Positions 28,901-42,000 of a stretch of DNA of 64,000 nucleotides are shown here, in pieces. The position numbers and the translations under genes are program-made. The notes below the pieces were generated by a model, which saw nothing but the letters and a program-made list of their open reading frames with translations, did no database searches and was not told where the DNA came from. Every line of letters starts with the position of its first letter. Position 1 is the first letter of the stretch. This stretch comes from Anaeramoeba ignava BMAN (Eukaryota; Protista; Anaeramoebae). The DNA is taken from contig JAPDFW010000059.1 in the NCBI GenBank assembly GCA_028826165.1, positions 806,001-870,000 of the forward strand. The letters are read 5' to 3'.

Positions 28901-29077
28901 TAAAAAAAATGAAAAGAAAATTGAAAAAGAAAAAAAAAAAATGAAAAAGAAAATTTTTTTTAATTTTCATTTTTTTAATTTTCATTTTTTTCTTTTCATT
29001 TTTTTTTCTTGTTTTGTTTTGTTATTTTTTTTCTTTACATTCTCAATTTTAAAAAAAATTTTTACAATTTGAAATCA

Positions 29078-31740
29078 ATGGCAAATATGCATTGGAATCC
29101 AAATATCCAATCGAGACCAACACCACAACCTCATTTTTCAGAACAAATAAGTTATCCTATTTCTCCTCATCAAAATTCTAACTATATATTTGATTACAGC
29201 CCACGAACGAATCCCGAAAATGTTCAGGAAGATGATAACGTACGCAACGGTTAAATAATTTCATTCCCAAAATTCTTATAAAAATTATAGTTTAAAAAAA
29301 TATAACGAAAAAATCTTATTTTTGGATTCTCATTTTTTTTTCTGATTCTGATTCTTCTTTGATAAATAATTCACTGGTAATATTTGTAGATCCCGAGTTT
29401 ATTTCAATACGACATCGCGCAAAAACAGAATCAAAACCCTCCTACAATGCAACAAAAATATGTTCATATGAACCCTTATGCCGAATCTGCTTATTTTGTT
29501 AATCAAAATAATAGTGCTAATATCCCTCGAAATATGAATTCTCTAAATTCAAATTCTTCTCCAATTCGAGGTAAATATTTTTCTATAATTCTCCGTTATT
29601 ACTATTTTTTTTATTCGTGAAATATTGGTTGAAAAATAAAATCTAAAATCCAAATTTAAAACGAAAAAAAAAAGAGATTTTAAATTAAAAAAAAAATTAA
29701 GAATTTGAATCAAAAAAAAAAGAAGAATTAATAATTTCTTATCATTTCTTCTTTTTTGGTTTATTTATTAAATTTATATTAACTTGAAAAATCAATTAAA
29801 AAAAATCAATTAAAAAAATCAATTAAAAATAAATTATTATGATTAAAAATAGTGCAAAGTCCTAATAATCAACAAATGACAAGAAGTAATCCAAACATAG
29901 AAAATTATCACGGACATTCTACTCATCCACAAATGAGCCACATGAATCACATGAATCAGATGAATCAAATAAACTCAATGAATCCAATGAATCAAATGCA
30001 ATTAAATCAAATGCAATTAAATCAAATGCATCAATTGAACCAAATGCATCAATTAAATCAAATGAACCAAATAAACCCCCAAATGCATCAACAAATCAAT
30101 CCGCAAATAAATCCTCAAATATATCAACAAATACACCCGCAAATAAATTCACAAATGCATCAACAAATACATCCGCAAATGCATCAACAAATAAGCCCCC
30201 AAATTCATCAACAAATAAATCCACAAATGCAACCAAAAATCAATCAAATGAGCACAGTTAATCCAATAAACTCGATGAATCAAATGAATCAAATCAATCC
30301 AAATCAATTTTCTCAAGATACAAGATATTTCAATGCAAATCCTTTTGATTCCGAAATGATTCAAACACAAGATTCTTATTCAACGAATCAAAACATGATT
30401 AAAAAAACGTATCCAAATAACAACGAATATATCCAAAACAACTACAATAATGATTTCACAAATGATACCTCTTTATGGCAAACAACGCCAAATGAATCTT
30501 TTCAATCTCCTCAAGCAAATCCATATTTCGAACAAGAAATTCAACAGCAAATATATCCAAATCAAACAAACTATCGTGATTCAGTTGTTGAAAAATCTAA
30601 AACAGAAAATATCCCAAATAACAAACAAGGTGGATTCACAATGAATACTGAAGACTTTCCTGTTCTTGGTGGTGTTAATTCTGAACAGGAACAAACCTCT
30701 AAAAAAAAGAAAATTATTAAAAATGGAAAAAATTCTAAAAATCAAAAAAGTTCAAATTCAAGTCCTTCAGAGAATCAAATTAATAGAACTGAAGAAGATG
30801 ATAAATATGGACTTCCTGGTATTTTACAGTTAATTGAAAATGTTGATCCTGATTTAAAAGCTTTAGCTCTTGGAATTGATTTATCAACACTTGGACTTCA
30901 TTTAAATTATCTTGAGTAAATAATTTTAATTTTATTTATATTTATGATTTTAATTTTAATTTTAATTTTAATTTTAATATTAATTTTAATTTTGATTTTA
31001 ATTTTAATTTTAATATGAATTTTAATTTTAATTTTTATCCGATTTTAATTATAATTTTAATTTTAATTTTAATTTTAATTTTAATTTTAATTTTATTTAT
31101 AATTTTATTTATAATTTTAATATTAATTTTAATTTTAATTTTAATTTTAATTTTTTATCCGATTTTAATATTATTTTTAATTTTAATTCTAATATTATTT
31201 TTAATTATAATTATAATTTTATAAATGAATTTTAATTTTATTTATATTTATAATTATAATTATAATTTTAATTTTAATTTTAATTTTAATTTTAATTTTA
31301 ATTTTAATTTTATTTATAAATGAATTTTATTTTTAATTGAAAAAAAAAAAAGGGATTTCTCAACAGCTTTCCCTTCTGCTTGGGGAGACGATTTAATCTC
31401 TTATGAAACACCAGATTGTTATCAAACAGAAGAACTAGGAATATCACTAACACCAAAATTAATAGAAAAATTTCGAGAAAAAACACTCTTTTACATTTTT
31501 CATTATTCTGATGATGAAAATGCAAAGAATTTAGCAACTCAAGAATTACAAAGAAGAGGTTGGATTTTGAATTATAAATTTACTTGTTGGATGAAAAGAA
31601 AAGGAGAACCACCTTTAAGAACAGAAACAACAGAAACTGGTTCTTTTATTTTCTTCGATTCTCAACGTTTTGCTGAAATTGAACAAAACGATTTCAAACT
31701 TGAATATGAGCACACAAAACCAATTCAGTTTAATAAATGA
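29078..31740 (+). CDS. CNOT2: CCR4-NOT subunit NOT2-like, 4 exons, Q/N/M-rich N-terminal region
   Basis: EDFPVLGG, DKYGLPGILQLI..DLKALALGIDLSTLGLHLN; last-exon NOT-box EKTLFYIF..LATQELQRRGWILNY..CWM..GSFIFFD. Confidence 0.85.
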
Positions 31741-31986
31741 AACTGAAAAATTTTTTCTTCCACTTTTTTTTTTTTTTTGCTTTTGAAAAATTTCTTTTTT
31801 TATTTTTTTATTTTTTTTTTTCTTGATAATCAAAAAAGAAAAAATAAAAGAAGAAAAAGAAGAAAAAAATTTTATTTTTAATTTTTAATTTTTTATTTTT
31901 GATTTTTTCTCCTTTTTAGTTCTTAATTTTTTAATTTATTTTTTCATTTTTTCATTTTTCATTTTTCATTTTTTTATCATTTTAAA

Positions 31987-33945
31987 ATGAAATCAAATCA
32001 ATTAATTGAACTTCTTTATTGTTCAAACTGTCAAAAAAAATTTGAAAATGATTGTTATAGTTTGCCCACTTGTTCACATTCACTTTGTCATAAATGCTTA
32101 GCAAAATCACTTGAATCAAAACCTGAGTTTCAAAAAACCAACGAAACTGATGAATTTATAACCCTTTTAACTTGTCCAGTTTGTTCATATAAATATCAAT
32201 TAGAAGACGAAATTTCCGAAGAAATTCCAATGAATAAACAAATCAATTTTCTCGCAAAAGTTGAAGCCTCACCAAAAAAGAACGAAGTTATGAACTGTCA
32301 AGAATGCGAAAAAGAAAAAGCAGTTTTTTTTTGTGAGAATTGCCACGTGTTTTTCTGTCAAAATTGTTGCAAAACAATCCACTCTTTCAAAGCGTTTGAG
32401 AATCATCAGATAAGCCCGTACAAGGGGGATGAGCATATAGTGGTGCATCATGCGCTTGAGTGCAGTGAGCACCCGAATAAGGTCAAAGAGTACTATTGCA
32501 AGGAGTGTCAGGAGTCAGTGTGTATTGATTGTGTTATCATTGGAAAGCATAAAAATCACATGATCACAAAGCTCGAAAGTTTGTCCATAGGATCCGACTT
32601 AAGGGTCTCTCTTGCGTTGAAACGGAACCAATCTCTTATCCAGATTCTCGATAAAAAGACCAATGAAATAGCCGCTCTTCTCGATGTTGTCAACGGAGTG
32701 ATTCCTGTCGCCAAAAATAAAATTGACGAAAATTTTAAAAAAGCGTTTGATTTGTTCCAGAAAAGAAAAGAATCCCTTTTGATTCAAGTAGATCAAATTT
32801 CGCATTACGTCACGAACCAAATCAGAAAGATCAAGACCAAATATGACAAACGAATTGCGGAGCTCAAACTTTGCGAATATTATTCAAATAACTTACTTGA
32901 AAACCCAACGGATTCTACAATTCTTTACGAAATGGAAGGGATGCTCAATAAATTACAAGATGTGGAAGAGCTAACCGATGAGAGCTACGTCGCAGACGAT
33001 TTCGCAATGGCGGTTGATTTCGATAATTTGCCCACTTTCTTCGACTCTTTAGGCTATGTGGATGCGCCTTTGATGAACTTGAAAGGAGGACCAGGAAATA
33101 TCCAAATCACATCAAATCAAGAAATGAGCGGAGAAATCAAGTGTTCCACTTTTGTGGTCAAATCCGGTGCTGTTTTAACAGTTAAGCCTTGGGATGGTAA
33201 ATCAGGTGGTGTTTTAAAAATACTTGCGAGATCAAAAATCATCATTGAAAAAGGTGGAAAAATTGATTTATCAGGAAAGGGCTATCGTGGAGGTCCCGCA
33301 GTATTCCAAGCCACAAACGGAAAAGCCAAGCAAGGCGAGTCTTATGAAGGCCAAGGATCCGATTTGCAAGAAGCTAATAAAGGCGGCGGTGGAGCTGGAT
33401 TAGGAACAGGTCAATTTGGCGGTTATGGTGGCGGCGGTGGCGGCTATGGAACCCCTGGAGACGATGCTGAGCCCAACCGTTACAGTGGACAATTCCATCC
33501 AGGTGCCAAAGGAGGAGAATCTTATGGCGATGAGAGAATCACAGAGCTCTATATGGGATCTGGTGGAGGTTCGGGTCATCCTTATTCTAACGGACAAACT
33601 AAAGGTAAAGGTGGAAATGGCGGTGGAGCTCTTCTTCTCCAATCAAGACGTATTGTCAACGACGGTGAAATCATCTCAAATGGTGAAGACGGTGAAGATG
33701 GTGTGCCTAGTACTTATGGTTCTGGTGGCGGTGGTGGAAGTGGTGGTTCTATCTTGTTTATTTGTAATCTTCTTATAAATAACGGAACTGTTTCAGCTCT
33801 TGGTGGAAAAAAGGGTATTGCTCATCCTTCTTATTCTCAGGGTATTAATTCTTCTGGTGGTAAAGGTGGTGATGGTAGAATTGCTGTTAAAGGTCGTGCT
33901 AAAGGAAACACTACAAGCCCAACTTGGTTCATTTATAAGAAATGA
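31987..33945 (+). CDS. TRIM/RBCC-like protein: RING, two B-boxes, coiled coil and glycine-rich C-terminal domain
   Basis: CxxC..CxHxxCxxC..CPVC RING; B-boxes CQEC..CENC..CxxC..H..H and CSEH..YYCKEC..VCIDC..HKNH; GGGGGSGGSI-type Gly-rich repeats. Confidence 0.88.
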   Translation: MKSNQLIELLYCSNCQKKFENDCYSLPTCSHSLCHKCLAKSLESKPEFQKTNETDEFITLLTCPVCSYKYQLEDEISEEIPMNKQINFLAKVEASPKKNEVMNCQECEKEKAVFFCENCHVFFCQNCCKTIHSFKAFENHQISPYKGDEHIVVHHALECSEHPNKVKEYYCKECQESVCIDCVIIGKHKNHMITKLESLSIGSDLRVSLALKRNQSLIQILDKKTNEIAALLDVVNGVIPVAKNKIDENFKKAFDLFQKRKESLLIQVDQISHYVTNQIRKIKTKYDKRIAELKLCEYYSNNLLENPTDSTILYEMEGMLNKLQDVEELTDESYVADDFAMAVDFDNLPTFFDSLGYVDAPLMNLKGGPGNIQITSNQEMSGEIKCSTFVVKSGAVLTVKPWDGKSGGVLKILARSKIIIEKGGKIDLSGKGYRGGPAVFQATNGKAKQGESYEGQGSDLQEANKGGGGAGLGTGQFGGYGGGGGGYGTPGDDAEPNRYSGQFHPGAKGGESYGDERITELYMGSGGGSGHPYSNGQTKGKGGNGGGALLLQSRRIVNDGEIISNGEDGEDGVPSTYGSGGGGGSGGSILFICNLLINNGTVSALGGKKGIAHPSYSQGINSSGGKGGDGRIAVKGRAKGNTTSPTWFIYKK

Positions 33946-34244
33946 TTCATTTTTTTCCAATTTCAATTCAATTCCAATTTCAATTCCAATTCAAATTTCA
34001 ATTCAAATTCAAATTTCAATTCAAATTCAAATTTCTTTTTGTCTTCTTTTTTTTAGATTTCGAAACAGAAACTATTGAATTTTAAATCATTTTTTTTGTT
34101 TCAATCTTTCAATTCAATTCCAAAATCAATTTCCATTTCAATTCCAATTTCAATTCCAAATTCAATTCCAAAATCAATTTCCATTTCGATTCCTTTTCAA
34201 ATTCAATTTTTTTGATTTCTTTTATCAATTCAATAAAGCACAAA

Positions 34245-35645
34245 GTTGAATTAAATTTATATTAATTTTGGAATTAATTTTAATTAAATAATTATAATAA
34301 ATTATTAATAAATTTAAAATAAATTATTAATAAAATTAAATAAAAAATTTAATAAAAAAAAGTGGAATAAAAAATTAAATTTATTTTTAATTAAATTTAT
34401 ATTATTTTTGAAATTAACTTTAATTAAATAATTATAATAAATTTATATTATTCAAATTATTTTAAAATAAATTATTAATAAATTAAAAATAAATTGAAAA
34501 TAAATTAAATAAAAAATTTAATAAAAAAAAGTGGAATAAAAAATTAAATTTATTTTTAATTAAATTTATATTATTTTTGAAATTAATTTTAATTAAATAA
34601 TTATAATAAATTTATATTATTCAAATTATTTTAAAATAAATTATTAATAAATTAAAAATAAATTATTAATAAAATTTAAATAAAAAATTTAATAAAAAGT
34701 GGAATAAAAATTAAATTTATTTTTAATTAAATTTATATTAATTTTGGAATTAACTTTAATTAATAATTATAATAAATTTATATTATTCATATTATTTTAA
34801 AATAAATTATTAATAAATTAAAAATAAATTATTAATAAAATTAAATAAAAATTTAATAAAAAAAAGTGGAATAAAAATTAAATTTATTTTTAATTAAATT
34901 TATATTATTTTTGGAATTAACTTTAAATTAAATAATTATAATAATTTTATATTATTCAAATTATTTTAAAATAAATTATTAATAAATTTAAAATAAATTA
35001 TTAATAAAATTAAATAAAAATTTAATAAAAAAAGTGGAATAAAAATTAAATTTATTTTTAATTAAATTTATAATTTTATAATTAACTTTAATTAAATAAT
35101 TATAATAAATTTATATTATTTAAATTATTTTAAAATAAATTATTAATAAATTAAAAATAAATTATTAATAAATTTAAATAAAAATTTAATAAAAAAAGTG
35201 GAATAAAAATTAAATTTATTTTTAATTAAATTTATATTATTTTGGAATTAACTTTAATTAAATAATTATAATAATTTTATATTATTCAAATTATTTTAAA
35301 AATAAATTATTAATAAATTTAAAATAAATTATTAATAAAATTAAATAAAAATTTAATAAAAAGTGGAATAAAAAATTAAATTTATTTTTAATTAAATTTA
35401 TATTATTTTTGGAATTAACTTTAATTAAATAATTATAATAATTTTATATTATTCAAATTATTTTAAAATAAATTATTAATAAATTTAAAATAAATTATTA
35501 ATAAAATTAAATAAAAAATTTAATAAAAAAAAGTGGAATAAAAAATTAAATTTATTTTTAATTAAATTTATATTAATTTTGGAATTAACTTTAATTTAAT
35601 AATTATAATAGATTTATATTATTCATATTATTTTAAAATAAATTA
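34245..35645. repeat. ~167-bp tandem satellite, ~8 copies, between convergent genes
   Basis: GTGGAATAAAA marker at ~34362, 34531, 34699, 34866, 35034, 35198, 35363 and 35533. Confidence 0.9.
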
Positions 35646-35709
35646 TTTTCTGTTAAAATGTTTTATTTGGGTTCCTAATTGATTTTTTTAATGAGAAAAA
35701 AAAAATGTT

Positions 35710-36936
35710 TCATAAATATTTTGAAACATCTTTTTGGAAATTAATCAAGGGATCAACAACTGGATGATATAACTCAAAAAACTTTTCTCTCAAAGCAACC
35801 AACTTTTCCTTTCTTTGATTTTGATCAACTCTTTTAATTGAAGGATCAAGAGTAAAAATAGAAAGTTCATCATTCTCAATAAATTGCATAAAATAAAAAC
35901 AATAAGAAAAAATTTCTGCATGAATTTCCATACGATAAGCAAGTTGGTGATTAAAAAGAAACCAATCATAACCGACAACAAAATAAAGAAATTGTTCAGG
36001 AGATAAACTTTTATGAATAACTCCATCAGCCCAAAGTGAAGCTCTACACAAACAAACAAATTGGGGAGTGCGATCCCAACCAGAAAGACAGTGGAACAGA
36101 AATCCACCTTTGAAATCATCACAGATCAAAGTGGCAAGCATCATTTTGAGGTAATTTTTGGATAGTAAATTGATTTCCCATTTTTGATATTCATCAAAAG
36201 AAATTGGAATTAAAGAAGGCAATTTTTTGATTGGTTCAGGAATCATCAATTCCGCATCATTTCGCGAATTTTCCCACTTATAATGGATCCCTTTTGCATC
36301 TGATTTGTTCAGTTTGTAGTTGATGAAAAATTTCACTCCGGGATAAGGTGTTGCAATTAAATGGAAATGATGATATGGTTTTTTTGGAGCTGTTAATTCA
36401 GATCCACCTGAATAATCGGATCCCTTTTGTCTTGATTTCTCGAGCATGAAATTCAATACAGATTTGACACCAAACATCTCCAAAAGTTCAACATCAGCAT
36501 TAATTGCTTTTTCAAGTAAGTTGTTTTTTTTTTGCTCTTCATTCATAAGTTGATCAGTTGAAACCGTTGATGATCTACAAAAGAATTTATTATTATAATA
36601 AAGAAACGGAATTGGGAATCTTTTCCGACATCTGGCAAATCTTGATGTTTCAATCAAATTGCGAATTTTTTCTTTATCTAATTTTTTTGCCTGTTTTCTT
36701 GATTCATCCGGCAAATTTTTCCCAAGTGGAATTAATATTCTTGATGGATAAGTTGCACAAAGTTGATCTTCTTTATCGTTTTCAATTGTGATAAATTCGT
36801 TGTCAATTGACCATAAATTAATACAGTTTTGCATTACTTTTTCATAATTTTCTGTTGTTTTTTTGTTTTCTGACATCTTTCCAAATGTTTCAAATAAATG
36901 TATTAAATCCTTTTCTGTGATTTGAATTAGTTCCAT
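35710..36936 (-). CDS. MTMR14: Myotubularin-related protein 14-like phosphoinositide phosphatase
   Basis: LCATYPSRILI, SRFARCRKRFP, PYPG, CX5R motif FHCLSGWDRTP, SLWADG, YDWFLFNHQL. Confidence 0.88.
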   Translation of the reverse strand: MELIQITEKDLIHLFETFGKMSENKKTTENYEKVMQNCINLWSIDNEFITIENDKEDQLCATYPSRILIPLGKNLPDESRKQAKKLDKEKIRNLIETSRFARCRKRFPIPFLYYNNKFFCRSSTVSTDQLMNEEQKKNNLLEKAINADVELLEMFGVKSVLNFMLEKSRQKGSDYSGGSELTAPKKPYHHFHLIATPYPGVKFFINYKLNKSDAKGIHYKWENSRNDAELMIPEPIKKLPSLIPISFDEYQKWEINLLSKNYLKMMLATLICDDFKGGFLFHCLSGWDRTPQFVCLCRASLWADGVIHKSLSPEQFLYFVVGYDWFLFNHQLAYRMEIHAEIFSYCFYFMQFIENDELSIFTLDPSIKRVDQNQRKEKLVALREKFFELYHPVVDPLINFQKDVSKYL

Positions 36937-37063
36937 TTTAAAAATTTAATCAAAAAGAAGAAAAAGAAGAAAAAGAAGAAAAAGAAGAAAAAAAAGAAAA
37001 AAATGAATTTTTAATTTTTTAATTTTTTTTTTTTCATTTTTTTATTATTATTATTTAAAACAA

Positions 37064-38998
37064 ATGGATTATTCTCGTGATTCTTTTTTTAATTCATTTC
37101 AAAAAATTGATTTTGTTGGATTTGATTTAGATCATACTTTAATTCACTATAAAATTCAAGAACTTGGAAAATTAGTTTTTGATTGTTTAAAACGTTATGT
37201 TGTTGAAATTAGAAGTTTTAATAAAGATCTTCTTCAAGTATTTTTAACACACAAAAATTTTGAATCAATTCTAATTTAATTTTTCTTTTGTTTGTTTTTT
37301 TTTTAAATTAAATTTTAAAAGGTTGAATATGATCCTGAAATTTGTGTAAAAGGCAATCTTTGTGATATTTCAAAAGGAAATTTAATTAAAATTGATAATG
37401 ATAATAAAGTTAGGGTAATTTAATCAGATTCGGAATCAATTTCAAAATCAATTTCAAAATCAAATTCAAATTCAAAATCAAAATCAAAATCAAAACCAAT
37501 TTCAAAATCAAATTCAAAAAATCAATTTCAATTTCAATTTCAAAATCAAATTCAATTTCAAATTCAATTTCAAAATCAAAATCAATTTCAAAATCAAAAT
37601 CAAAATCAATTTCAATTTCAAAATCAAAATCAAAATCAATTTCAAAATCAAAATCAAATTCAAAATCAAATTCAAATTCAATTTCAAAATTAATAAAAAA
37701 ATATATTTAGAGAGCTTTTCATGGTGTTAATAAGCAATTATCTCTTACTGAAATTGAACAACAATACAATCAAGATAAAATTATTGAATTTAGTGGTCAT
37801 CGTACAGAAAATTTTTTACCAGTTTTTTCATATTTTGAACTTGGAATGGGAAGTCTTTTTATTGTTATGGTATTTTTTATAATTTTGATCTTTATATCTA
37901 AAAAAGTTATTGATGATGAAAAATACTTATAATTTATTTAAGGTTGATTTTTTTGATGAAAAAAAAGATCAAACATGTAAAAATTATGCAGAAATTGCAA
38001 AATTAGTCTTGGATGCAATGGATTATATTTTTAATGATTGGAATAGAGGTTATTATTATCCAACAATTACAAATAATTTAGATAAATATATCAAGAAATC
38101 TCCAAAAATTAGAAAACTTTTAGAAAAAATGAAAGAAAATGGAAAAGGATTATTTTTAATAACAAATAGTCTTCCTGAATATTCTAATTATTTACTTTCA
38201 TGTAAATTCAAAATTAAAATTAAATTAAAATCAAAATTAAATTCAAAATTAAAATTAAATTAAAAATTAAAATTTAAAATCAAATTTCAATTTCAAATCA
38301 AAATTCAAATTCAAAATTAAAATTAAAATTAAATTAAAATTAAATTAAATTTTATTTAAAGTCTCAATTGGTTCGGATTGGGAAAAATTATTTCAAATTG
38401 TTGTGTTTTTTGCAAGAAAACCTTCTTTTTATGACTCTAAAGCTCAATTTGAAATTATTTCTCGTAAAAATATAAAAACAAAATGATTTAAATTTGAAAA
38501 TAATTTTTGTTTAAATTAAATTTAAAAAAAAAAATAATAATCAAGAAAATGAAAAATCAATGAAACTTATGTTTGGAAATTATAATGAATTTAAAAAACT
38601 TCTATTTAATTCAACTCCAAATAAAAAGGAATTCAAAACTTGTTATTTTGGAGATCATTTAATTGGAGATATTAAAGAATGCAAAGCGTAAATAAATTCT
38701 AATTTGGAAAAAATTCTCATCAAAAAAATAATATTATTATTATTATTTTTCTTTTTTAATTAATAGTAAAACTGATTGGAATACAGTTGCAATAATAGAA
38801 GAATTAAAACCAAATTCAAATGATTTATTAGAAAGTCCAAAATGGGGATCATTCTCATTTTGTGATAGTTCAAAAGAAACCAAAGAAGAAAAAAAGAAAA
38901 CATTTTGGCAACAATTTGCAGATACTCATTCAGATTATTATGTTTATTCTTTAGAGGAATTTTATGATCAATATTGCGAATTTCTTTCAAAAAAATAA
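37064..38998 (+). CDS. HAD-superfamily 5'-nucleotidase (NT5DC1-like), multi-exon
   Basis: Motif I VGFDLDHTLIHY, LFLITNS, ARKPSF, YFGDHLIGDI and WNTVAIIEEL across GT-AG introns. Confidence 0.88.
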
Positions 38999-39085
38999 AA
39001 AAATTTTTTTCTTCTTCTTTTTTTAATTAAAAAATAAAACAATTAAAAAGATTTTATTCCTTTATTCTTTTTTGAAAGAGATTTT

Positions 39086-42000
39086 TTAGTTGTTCTTTTT
39101 ATTTCTCCATTTTCTGAATTTTTGGATAATTTGGGTTTTTTTTGAATAAACAAAAACAAAAACAAAAGCAATATTAACCAAAATGACCTTAATCATCAAA
39201 GCAACAGAAATTGCATTTTTAGTAGTTTTGTATTCACTACGGTTCATTAATTTAAGTAAAATTCCAGCAAGATAAGAAATAAGAAGACTGTAAAAACTCA
39301 ATAAACAAGTGTGATTATTTGAAGTTTTTGCATAAGGCTTGAAAACATGCTGAAGAAATATGGATGCCTGAAGAACGATATACATAAAAACAGTGATATT
39401 ATCAGAATAAAAGGGGATCACTGCCTGAATCAAAGTAATTGTTAATTTTCTAACTATATCCATTATAAACCACCAATAGTATTTCTTTGTGAATTGAAGA
39501 TAAAGAAATCCAATAATGATTTCGCGTTTTTGCTCGTTGCGTTTGAATTTGTAGATAATCAAGGAAAGAAGAATAGGGATCCCAATCAAATAAACAATAA
39601 ATAGAAAAATAGCTGTGCCAAGTATTCTTTGATATGCTTGATTTCCAGAATCACATCGATAATAAGGAACTGAATTCAAATATTTGTTATTGTTTGAGTT
39701 ATCTGTGAGTGTGCATCCAAAAACTTGCAAAATCGTACTTGAAACTGTGAAATAAACAACATTCAAAAGAAATAACACAATCGAAATGCTTTTGTATTTG
39801 AGCTTTTCTTTTGGACTGAATTTTACTTCGCTTGTTTTTGAGTTCGTTGTGCTCTTATTATCTCCATTGATGTTTTCGTTGTTCGATTCGTTTTGGTTTG
39901 CATCTTCATTGGATGAGTTATCTGAATTTTTTTCTGAATTGTTTGTGTTATTACTCTTCTCATTCAAATCGATATTTTCCAAAGATTGATCTTGATTTTT
40001 TTTTGGATTGATTTGGATTTCATCTTCGCTGTTGATTTTGGCTTGATTTTCCATTAAAGAAATTTCCAAATTTTTTGGAGGCTCTTCTTTGTCCTTTCCT
40101 TTGTATTTCAAAATAGCCAATCCAATATAATAAAAGATGACTCCGATAAGGATTGCCATAAGAGGAAGAGTCATTCGAATAACAAAAAATTGAGGATATC
40201 TTAGATCCGAATTGAAGCACCGCAGAAAAGAGAAGCTGAAGTTAAGAAGTTGAGAAAGATACGAGAAGAACAACAAGATGGAGTTTGGGAGCTTAATGCT
40301 ATCTGTGCACAGAATTTCGGAGATCTGAAAAAATGTGAAAACAATTTGAAGAAGCACAGTGTTTTTCCCATCCATTTTATATAAAACAATGATCAATCCA
40401 ACAACCAACCCAACAAACACAAATGGTTGAATAATTTTGAACGCAAGAGTGCATTTTTTACACTGCGGTTTGGAGAGATAATAGATTTCATTTCCGTTAT
40501 TAGCACACTCAGAACATAAACGGTTTGTATAACCCTCTTTGCATTCAAACGAAGTGCTTTGTCCAAGAGCGAGACCAGGAATCAAGAGAGTGCATGGATA
40601 GTTCTCTGATGATATTGAGGGGCATATGTTAATGGACAGTGGATTGTCTACATTTGGGCTTGGAAAACATGGTATTTCCGTGTTTTGATAACAATCGCAT
40701 CCGTAACTGCATTTAACACAAGATCCTTGAGAACCGCGATAGTATCCATTTTCACAAACGCATTCTCTGAAGTTGTCGTAACTGAAGTCAATAATAGCAA
40801 TCAGGTTTGGATTATTTTTCCCGATAATTTGAGGACAAACCATATTCGAATCTCCTTGTTCTATTTTGCTCCACTTGTCTCCCGATTTCGTCAAGAAGCT
40901 TGGAAGCGATGAGCCTGATGCTTTCGTAGCAGATACGTTTAGCAGTTGCAGCGCCTTGTGATTGCTCCATGCTTCTGGTATTGATCCTGTGATTGATGTG
41001 TTTGAGAGAATAATTTCCTCCAAAACGCCAGAATATCGAAAATAAGGAAATGTTCCTTCAAGTGATGGATTATCGGCAAGGTTTATATAGGCTAAATTAC
41101 GCGGTTCTTGTAGTGTAAATGTTTTTAAAATCCCTGAAAGATTTGAGTTTTGAATTTTAAGTGATGTTAGTTTTTCAACTGGAATATGCTTTAAAATATC
41201 TTCAAATGTTGATGAAAGTTGATTATGTGACATGTCAACAATTCCAAGAGTTGTAAAAAAGAGAGATTCTGTTATTGAAGTTAAGAAGTTATATTGCATT
41301 AATCTAAGAAAAAATCAAACAATAAAATTCCAAATATAAATTTTTTTTTTTGCATTTTGATTTAAATATTTTACAATGATTTCATTATCGATGATGAATT
41401 AAAATTAGGTAGTTCTCCTGATATGTTATTAAAACTTATATCAAGTGTTACTAAAGATGGAAGAGAACTAATAATTAAAAGAGAATCCATTTCTAATTGA
41501 TTGTTTCCAATTTCTCTATTTTAATTCAATCAATTAAATCAATAAATAATTTAATGAGTATTTCTTTTCTTTTCTTTTCTTTTCTTTTCTTTTTATTTCT
41601 TTTTTATAATTGATTTATTTACAAATTTTGTAAATTTGTTAAATTTTTAAAAGATTCTGGAAGTTGCTTCAAATTATTAGTTGTTAGATCACTAGAAAAA
41701 TAATCAAATAAAAATAATTCATTTTCTTGAATTACAAAAAAACAAAACAAATTCCTTTCTTACAAATCAATCAAATTTGTTAAATTTCCAATAGAATCAG
41801 GTAAGTATTCTAATCCTGTTATTGCACAAGATCTAAAAAAATTTTGGAAAAAAAAAAAAGTCACTTTTTTTATTTACTTATTTGATCAATTTTTAATTTC
41901 TATTTACAAAAGTGATAAATTTGTGAGTTTTCCAATTGTTTCAGGTAAAGTAGTAATATTATTAACAGAAACCCATCTAATTATAAAATATCAATATAAT

